Shown in pieces: positions 56,201 through 64,000 of a stretch of DNA of 64,000 nt. A model generated the notes under the pieces. The model had not been told where the DNA came from. It ran no database searches and saw nothing but the letters and a program-made list of their open reading frames with translations. Position 1 is the first letter of the stretch. Each line of letters opens with the position of its first letter. Location: the NCBI GenBank assembly GCA_964016885.1, contig OZ024762.1, positions 30,256,001 to 30,320,000 of the forward strand, read 5' to 3'. A program made the position numbers and the translations under genes. Origin of the DNA: Eledone cirrhosa. Taxonomy: Eukaryota.

Positions 56201-57800
56201 TGGTGAGAATTCATTAAAGTTCATGGTATTAGCTGTCAGAAGTAACTCCACTGTTGGTGAGAATTCATTTAAGTTCATGGTACTAGCTGTCAGAAGTAAC
56301 CCCAATGTTGGTGACAATTCATTTAAGTTCATGGTATTAGCTGTCAGAAGTCACTCCAATGTTGGTGAGAATTCATTTAAGTTCATGGTATTAGCTGTCA
56401 GAAGTCACTCCACTGTTGGTGAGAATTCATTTAAGTTCATGGTACAAGCTGTCAGAAGTAACCCCAATGTTGGTGAGAATTCATTTAAGTTCATGGTATT
56501 AGCTGTCAGAAGTCACTCCAATGTTGGTGAGAATTCATTTAAGTTCATGGTATTAGCTGTCAGAAGTAACTCCACTGTTGGTGAGAATTCATTTAAGTTC
56601 ATGGTATTAGCTGTCAGAAGTAACTCCACTGTTGGTGAGAATTCATTTAAGTTCATGGTACTAGCTGTCAGAAGAAACTCCAATGTTGGTGAGAATTCAT
56701 TTAAGTTCATGGTATTAGCTGTCAGAAGTAACTCCACTGTTGGTGAGAATTCATTTAAGTTCATGGTACTAGCTGTCAGAAGTAACTCCACTGTTGGTGA
56801 GAATTCATTAAAGTTCATGGTATTAGCTGTCAGAAGTAACTCCACTGTTGGTGAGAATTCATTTAAGTTCATGGTACTAGCTGTCAGAAGTAACCCCAAT
56901 GTTGGTGACAATTCATTTAAGTTCATGGTATTAGCTGTCAGAAGTCACTCCAATGTTGGTGAGAATTCATTTAAGTTCATGGTATTAGCTGTCAGAAGTC
57001 ACTCCACTGTTGGTGAGAATTCATTTAAGTTCATGGTACAAGCTGTCAGAAGTAACACCAATGTTGGTGAGAATTCATTTAAGTTCATGGTATTAGCTGT
57101 CAGAAGTCACTCCAATGTTGGTGAGAATTAATTTAAGTTCATGGTATTAGCTGTCAGAAGTAACTCCACTGTTGGTGAGAATTCATTTAAGTTCATGGTA
57201 TTAGCTGTCAGAAGTAACTCCACTGTTGGTGAGAACTCATTTAAGTTCATGGTATTAGCTGTCAGAAGTAACTCCACTGTTGGTGAGAATTCATTTAAGT
57301 TCATGGTATTAGCTGTCAGAAGTAACTCCACTGTTGGTGAGAATTCATTTAAGTTCATGGTATTAGCTGTCAGAAGGAACTCCAATGTTGGTGAGAATTC
57401 ATTTAAGTTCATGGTATTAGCTGTCAGAAGGAACGCCACTGTTGGTGAGAATTCATTTAAGTCATGGTATTAGCTGTCAGAAGTAACTCCATTGTTGGTG
57501 AGAATTCATTTAAGTCATGGTACTAGCTGTCAGAAGTAACTCCACTGTTGGTGAGAATTCATTTAAGTTCATGGTATTAGCTGTCAGAAGGAACTCCACT
57601 GTTGGTGAGAATTCATTTAAGTCATGGTACTAGCTGTCAGAAGTAACTCCAATGTTGGTGAGAATTCATTTAAGTTCATGCTATTAGCTGTCAGAAGGAA
57701 CTCCACTGTTGGTGAGAATTCATTTAAGTTCATGGTATTAGCTGTCAGAAGTAACTCCACTGTTGGTGAGAATTCATTTAAGTCATGGTATTAGCTGTCA
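52920..57800. repeat. Tandem duplication, period 2423 bp (45 monomers)
   Basis: ORF blocks 53207/55630, 53530/55953 and 54718/57141 are offset by 2423. GAGAATTAATTT occurs at 54700 and 57123. CATTAAAG, AGAAGAAAC, AACACCAA and GTACAAG variants are shared. Confidence 0.9.
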
Positions 57801-59970
57801 GAAGTAACTCCAATGTTGGTGAGAATTCATTTAAGTCATGGTACTAGCTGTCAGAAGTAACTCCAATGTTGGTGAGAATTCATTTAAGTTCATGGTATTA
57901 GCTGTCAGAAGGAACTCCACTGTTGGTGAGAATTCATTTAAGTTCATGGTATTAGCTGTCAGAAGTAACTCCACTGTTGGTGAGAATTCAGTTAAGTTCA
58001 TGGTATTAGCTGTCAGAAGGAACTCCACTGTTGGTGAGAATTCATTTAAGTTCATGGTATTAGCTGTCAGAAGTAACTCCACTGTTGGTGAGAATTCATT
58101 TAAGTTCATGGTACTAGCTGTCAGAAGTAACTCCACTGTTGGTGAGAATTCATTTAAGTTCATGGTACTAGCTGTCAGAAGTAACCCCACTGTTGGTGAG
58201 AATTCAGTTAAGTTCATGGTATTAGTTGTCAGAAGTAACTCAAATGTTGGTGAGAATTCATTTAAATCATGGTATTAGTTGTCAGAAGTAACTCCAACGT
58301 TGGTGAGAATTCATTTAAGTTCATGGTACTAGCTGTCAGAAGTAACTCCACTGTTGGTGAAAATTCATTTAAGTTCATGTTATTAGCTGTCAGAAGTAAC
58401 TCCACTGTTGGTGAGAATTCATTTAAGTCATGGTATTAGCTGTCAGAAGTAACTCCATTGTTGGTGAGAATTCATTTAAGTCATGGTACTAGCTGTCAGA
58501 AGTAACTCCACTGTTGGTGAGAATTCATTTAAGTTCATGGTATTAGCTGTCAGAAGGAACTCCACTGTTGGTGAGAATTCATTTAAGTTCATGGTATTAG
58601 CTGTCAGAAGTAACTCCACTGTTGGTGAGAATTCATTTAAGTTCATGGTATTAGCTGTCAGAAGTAACTCCACTGTTGGTGAGAATTCATTTAAGTTCAT
58701 GGTATTAGCTGTCAGAAGGAACTCCAATGTTGGTGAGAATTCATTTAAGTTCATGGTATTAGCTGTCAGAAGGAACGCCACTGTTGGTGAGAATTCATTT
58801 AAGTCATGGTATTAGCTGTCAGAAGTAACTCCATTGTTGGTGAGAATTCATTTAAGTCATGGTACTAGCTGTCAGAAGTAACTCCACTGTTGGTGAGAAT
58901 TCATTTAAGTTCATGGTATTAGCTGTCAGAAGGAACTCCACTGTTGGTGAGAATTCATTTAAGTCATGGTACTAGCTGTCAGAAGTAACTCCAATGTTGG
59001 TGAGAATTCATTTAAGTTCATGCTATTAGCTGTCAGAAGGAACTCCACTGTTGGTGAGAATTCATTTAAGTTCATGGTATTAGCTGTCAGAAGTAACTCC
59101 ACTGTTGGTGAGAATTCATTTAAGTCATGGTATTAGCTGTCAGAAGTAACTCCAATGTTGGTGAGAATTCATTTAAGTCATGGTACTAGCTGTCAGAAGT
59201 AACTCCAATGTTGGTGAGAATTCATTTAAGTTCATGGTATTAGCTGTCAGAAGGAACTCCACTGTTGGTGAGAATTCATTTAAGTTCATGGTATTAGCTG
59301 TCAGAAGTAACTCCACTGTTGGTGAGAATTCAGTTAAGTTCATGGTATTAGCTGTCAGAAGGAACTCCACTGTTGGTGAGAATTCATTTAAGTTCATGGT
59401 ATTAGCTGTCAGAAGTAACTCCACTGTTGGTGAGAATTCATTTAAGTTCATGGTACTAGCTGTCAGAAGTAACTCCACTGTTGGTGAGAATTCATTTAAG
59501 TTCATGGTACTAGCTGTCAGAAGTAACCCCACTGTTGGTGAGAATTCAGTTAAGTTCATGGTATTAGTTGTCAGAAGTAACTCAAATGTTGGTGAGAATT
59601 CATTTAAATCATGGTATTAGTTGTCAGAAGTAACTCCAACGTTGGTGAGAATTCATTTAAGTTCATGGTACTAGCTGTCAGAAGTAACTCCACTGTTGGT
59701 GAAAATTCATTTAAGTTCATGTTATTAGCTGTCAGAAGTAACTCCACTGTTGGTGAGAATTCATTTAAGTCATGGTATTAGCTGTCAGAAGTAACTCCAT
59801 TGTTGGTGAGAATTCATTTAAGTCATGGTACTAGCTGTCAGAAGTAACTCCACTGTTGGTGAGAATTCATTTAAGTTCATGGTATTAGCTGTCAGAAGGA
59901 ACTCCACTGTTGGTGAGAATTCATTTAAGTTCATGGTATTAGCTGTCAGAAGTAACTCCACTGTTGGTGA
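57250..59970. repeat. Tandem duplication, period 1342 bp (25 monomers)
   Basis: Identical ORF blocks at 57838/59180. AACCCCACTG occurs at 58183 and 59525, and CATGTTATT follows the GAAAATTC monomer in both copies. Confidence 0.85.
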
Positions 59971-62900
59971 GAATTCATTTAAGTTCATGGTACTAGCTGT
60001 CAGAAGTAACTCCACTGTTGGTGAGAATTCATTTAAGTTCATGGTACTAGCTGTCAGAAGGAACTCCACTGTTGGTGAGAATTCATTTAAGTTCATGGTA
60101 TTAGCTGTCAGAAATAACTCCAATGTTGGTGAGAATTCATTTCAGTCATGGTACTAGCTGTCAGAAGTAACTCCACTGTTGGTGAGAATTCATTTAAGTT
60201 CATGGTACTAGCTGTCAGAAGTAACTCCAATGTTGGTGAGAATTCATTTAAGTTCATGGTATTAGCTCTCAGAAGTAACTCCACTGTTGGTGAGAATTCA
60301 TTTAAGTTCATGGTACTAGCTGTCAGAAGTAACTCCACTGTTGGTGAGAATTCATTTAAGTTCATGGTACTAGCTGTCAGAAGTAACTCCACTGTTGGTG
60401 AGAATTCAGTTAAGTTCATGGTATTAGTTGTCAGAAGTAACTCAAATGTTGGTGAGAATTCATTTAAATCATGGTATTAGTTGTCAGAAGTAACTCCAAC
60501 GTTGGTGAGAATTCATTTAAGTTCATGGTACTAGCTGTCAGAAGTAACTCCACTGTTGGTGAAAATTCATTTAAGTTCATGGTATTAGCTGTCAGAAGTA
60601 ACTCCACTGTTGGTGAGAATTCACTTAAGTCATGGTATTAGCTGTCAGAAGTAACTCCATTGTTGGTGAGAATTCATTTAAGTCATGGTACTAGCTGTCA
60701 GAAGTAACTCCACTGTTGGTGAGAATTCATTTAAGTTCATGGTATTAGCTGTCAGAAGGAACTCCACTGTTGGTGAGAATTCATTTAAGTTCATGGTACT
60801 AGCTGTCAGAAGTAACTCCACTGTTGGTGAGAATTCATTTAAGTTCATGGTACTAGCTGTCAGAAGGAACTCCACTGTTGGTGAGAATTCATTTAAGTTC
60901 ATGGTATTAGCTGTCAGAAATAACTCCAATGTTGGTGAGAATTCATTTAAGTCATGGTACTAGCTGTCAGAAGTAACTCCACTGTTGGTGAGAATTCATT
61001 TAAGTTCATGGTATTAGCTGTCAGAAGGAACTCCACTGTTGGTGAGAATTCATTTAAGTTCATGGTACTAGCTGTCAGAAGTAACTCCACTGTTGGTGAG
61101 AATTCATTTAAGTTCATGGTACTAGCTGTCAGAAGTAACTCCAATGTTGGTGAGAATTCATTTAAGTTCATGGTATTAGCTGTCAGAAGTAACTCCACTG
61201 TTGGTGAGAATTCATTTAAGTTCATGGTACTAGCTGTCAGAAGTAACCCCAATGTTGGTGACAATTCATTTAAGTTCATGGTATTAGCTGTCAGAAGTCA
61301 CTCCAATGTTGGTGAGAATTCATTTAAGTTCATGGTATTAGCTGTCAGAAGTCACTCCACTGTTGGTGAGAATTCATTTAAGTTCATGGTACAAGCTGTC
61401 AGAAGTAACCCCAATGTTGGTGAGAATTCATTTAAGTTCATGGTATTAGCTGTCAGAAGTCACTCCAATGTTGGTGAGAATTCATTTAAGTTCATGGTAT
61501 TAGCTGTCAGAAGTAACTCCACTGTTGGTGAGAATTCATTTAAGTTCATGGTATTAGCTGTCAGAAGTAACTCCACTGTTGGTGAGAATTCATTTAAGTT
61601 CATGGTATTAGCTGTCAGAAGTAACTCCACTGTTGGTGAGAATTCATTTAAGTTCATGGTATTAGCTGTCAGAAGTAACTCCACTGTTGGTGAGAATTCA
61701 TTTAAGTTCATGGTATTAGCTGTCAGAAGGAACTCCAATGTTGGTGAGAATTCATTTAAGTTCATGGTATTAGCTGTCAGAAGGAACGCCACTGTTGGTG
61801 AGAATTCATTTAAGTCATGGTATTAGCTGTCAGAAGTAATTCCATTGTTGGTGAGAATTCATTTAAGTCATGGTACTAGCTGTCAGAAGTAACTCCACTG
61901 TTGGTGAGAATTCATTTAAGTTCATGGTATTATCTGTCAGAAGGAACTCCACTGTTGGTGAGAATTCATTTAAGTCATGGTACTAGCTGTCAGAAGTAAC
62001 TCCAATGTTGGTGAGAATTCATTTAAGTTCATGCTATTAGCTGTCAGAAGGAACTCCACTGTTGGTGAGGATTCATTTAAGTTCATGGTACTAGCTGTCA
62101 GAAGTAACTCCAATGTTGGTGAGAATTCATTTAAGTTCATGGTATTAGCTGTCAGAAGTAACTCCACTGTTGGTGAGAATTCATTTAAGTTCATGGTATT
62201 AGCTGTCAGAAGTAACTCCACTGTTGGTGAGAATTCATTTAAGTTCATGGTACTAGCTGTCAGAAGTAACTCCAACGTTGGTGAGAATTCATTTAAGTTC
62301 ATGGTACTAGCTGTCAGAAGTAACTCCACTGTTGGTGAAAATTCATTTAAGTTCATGGTATTAGCTGTCAGAAGTAACTCCACTGTTGGTGAGAATTCAT
62401 TTAAGTCATGGTATTAGCTGTCAGAAGTAACTCCATTGTTGGTGAGAATTCATTTAAGTCATGGTACTAGCTGTCAGAAGTAACTCCACTGTTGGTGAGA
62501 ATTCATTTAAGTTCATGGTATTAGCTGTCAGAAGGAACTCCACTGTTGGTGAGAATTCATTTAAGTTCATGGTATTAGCTCTCAGAAGTAACTCCACTGT
62601 TGGTGAGAATTCATTTAAGTTCATGGTACTAGCTGTCAGAAGTAACTCCACTGTTGGTGAGAATTCATTTAAGTTCATGGTACTAGCTGTCAGAAGGAAC
62701 TCCACTGTTGGTGAGAATTCATTTAAGTTCATGGTATTAGCTGTCAGAAGTAACTCCAATGTTGGTGAGAATTCATTTAAGTCATGGTACTAGCTGTCAG
62801 AAGTAACTCCACTGTTGGTGAGAATTCATTTAAGTTCATGGTATTAGCTGTCAGAAGGAACTCCACTGTTGGTGAGAATTCATTTAAGTTCATGGTATTA

Positions 62901-64000
62901 GCTGTCAGAAGTGTCTCCACTGTTGGTGAGAATTCATTTAAGTTCATGGTACTAGCTGTCAGAAGTAACTCCAATGTTGGTGAGAATTCATGTAAGTTCA
63001 TGGTATTAGCTGTCAGAAGTAACTCCACTGTTGGTGAGAATTCACTTAAGTTGATGGTATTAGCTGTCAGAAGTAACTCCACTGTTGGTGAGAATTCATT
63101 TAAGTTCATGGTACAAGCTGTCAGAAGTAACTCCACTGTTGGTGAGAATTCATTTAAGTTCATGGTATTAGCTGTCAGAAGTAACTCCACTGTTGGTGAG
63201 AATTCATTTAAGTCATGGTATTAGCTATCAGAAGTAACTCCATTGTTGGTGAGAATTCATTTAAGTCATGGTACTAGCTGTCAGAAGTAACTCCACTGTT
63301 GGTGAGAATTCATTTAAGTTCATGGTACTAGCTGTCAGAAGTAACTCCACTGTTGGTGAGAATTCATTTAAGTTCATGGTACTAGCTGTCAGAAGTAACT
63401 CCACTGTTGGTGAGAATTCATTTAAGTTCATGGTACTAGCTGTCAGAAGTAACTCCACTGTTGGTGAGAATTCATTTAAGTTCATGGTACTAGCTGTCAG
63501 AAGAAACACCAATGTTGGTGAGAATTCATTTAAGTTCATGGTATTAGCTGTCAGAAGTAACTCCACTGTTGGTGAGAATTCATTTAAGTTCATGGTACTA
63601 GCTGTCAGAAGTAACTCCACTGTTGGTGAGAATTCATTAAAGTTCATGGTATTAGCTGTCAGAAGTAACTCCACTGTTGGTGAGAATTCATTTAAGTTCA
63701 TGGTACTAGCTGTCAGAAGTAACCCCAATGTTGGTGACAATTCATTTAAGTTCATGGTATTAGCTGTCAGAAGTCTCTCCAATGTTGGTGAGAATTCATT
63801 TAAGTTCATGGTATTAGCTGTCAGAAGTCACTCCACTGTTGGTGAGAATTCATTTAAGTTCATGGTACAAGCTGTCAGAAGTAACACCAATGTTGGTGAG
63901 AATTCATTTAAGTTCATGGTATTAGCTGTCAGAAGTCACTCCAATGTTGGTGAGAATTAATTTAAGTTCATGGTATTAGCTGTCAGAAGTAACTCCACTG

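Larger units (their letters stand above)
1..64000. repeat. Tandem satellite DNA array, 54/53-bp EcoRI-containing monomer, about 1,190 copies, single orientation, reaching both window edges
   Basis: The unit AAGTTCATGGTAYTAGCTGTCAGAAGTAACTCCAMTGTTGGTGAGAATTCATTT is read directly at 1-54, 55-108 and onward to 64000. Monomers typically differ from consensus by 0-3 nt. Copy number is estimated as 64000/53.8. Confidence 0.99.

Noticed and set aside
109-63270. Programmed frameshifting or phase-variable antigen cassettes suggested by overlapping ORF ends (KSWY stop overlapping the next MVL start)
   Set aside because: The overlap follows automatically from a 1-bp deletion just before the monomer's ATG. 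No slippery site, expression locus or recombinase is present.
107-63960. Repeat-protein genes on both strands ((MVLAVRSNSTVGENSFKF)n on +, (MNLNEFSPTVELLLTANT)n on -), up to 392 aa
   Set aside because: The monomer length of 54 is divisible by 3. At about 62% AT an 18-codon frame is stop-free roughly 30% of the time, so two open frames out of six is the chance expectation. Frequent 53-bp monomers frameshift both frames, nonsense variants are propagated (TAA near 54706, 57129 and 63958), most variants are non-synonymous, and there are no unique N- or C-terminal domains.
1-64000. CRISPR array or repeat-spacer cassette system (conserved segment alternating with variable segment)
   Set aside because: The variable part differs by only 1-3 substitutions from a small recurrent allele set. 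There are no unique spacers, leader or cas genes.
1-64000. CENP-B box, telomeric repeats, tRNA/5S/snRNA tandem genes or a ribozyme-bearing satellite
   Set aside because: The CENP-B box needs TTCG and CGGG, and the monomer has no CpG. There are no TTAGGG-type runs. 54 bp is too short for these RNA gene units, and I see no Pol III boxes, hammerhead core (CTGATGA..GAAA) or long inverted repeat.
1-64000. Pure sequencing or rolling-circle concatemer artefact
   Set aside because: Variants are not random errors. They recur in ordered, nested, position-restricted patterns consistent with real array evolution, although the exact copy number of individual duplicates could still be misassembled.
1-64000. 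Embedded unique island, transposon or strand inversion hidden in the array
   Set aside because: Reading through the sequence and the ORF track, including the gaps between ORFs, showed only same-orientation monomers. The gaps are clusters of 53-bp monomers.

Overview
The whole 64 kb window is one uninterrupted head-to-tail satellite DNA array of about 1,190 copies of a 54-bp monomer, consensus AAGTTCATGGTA(T/C)TAGCTGTCAGAAGTAACTCCA(C/A)TGTTGGTGAGAATTCATTT. The monomer is about 37-39% GC, carries one EcoRI site and has no CpG. A common 53-bp variant lacks one T (AAGTCATG). All monomers are in the same orientation, and I see no unique sequence, transposon insertion, RNA gene or credible protein gene. 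The ORFs are translations of the 18-codon monomer, mostly ended by the 53-bp frameshift variant. The real structure lies in the variants. They recur in a fixed cyclic order, forming an irregular higher-order repeat with a cycle of roughly 45 monomers (about 2.4 kb). That cycle has been reshuffled by nested duplications with offsets of about 1.0, 1.34, 2.42, 3.4, 5.9, 7.3 and 10.3 kb, traceable by private SNPs. This looks like eukaryotic heterochromatic, possibly centromeric, satellite. I cannot identify the organism or the satellite family from the sequence alone, and I find no evidence of a novel protein-based system.
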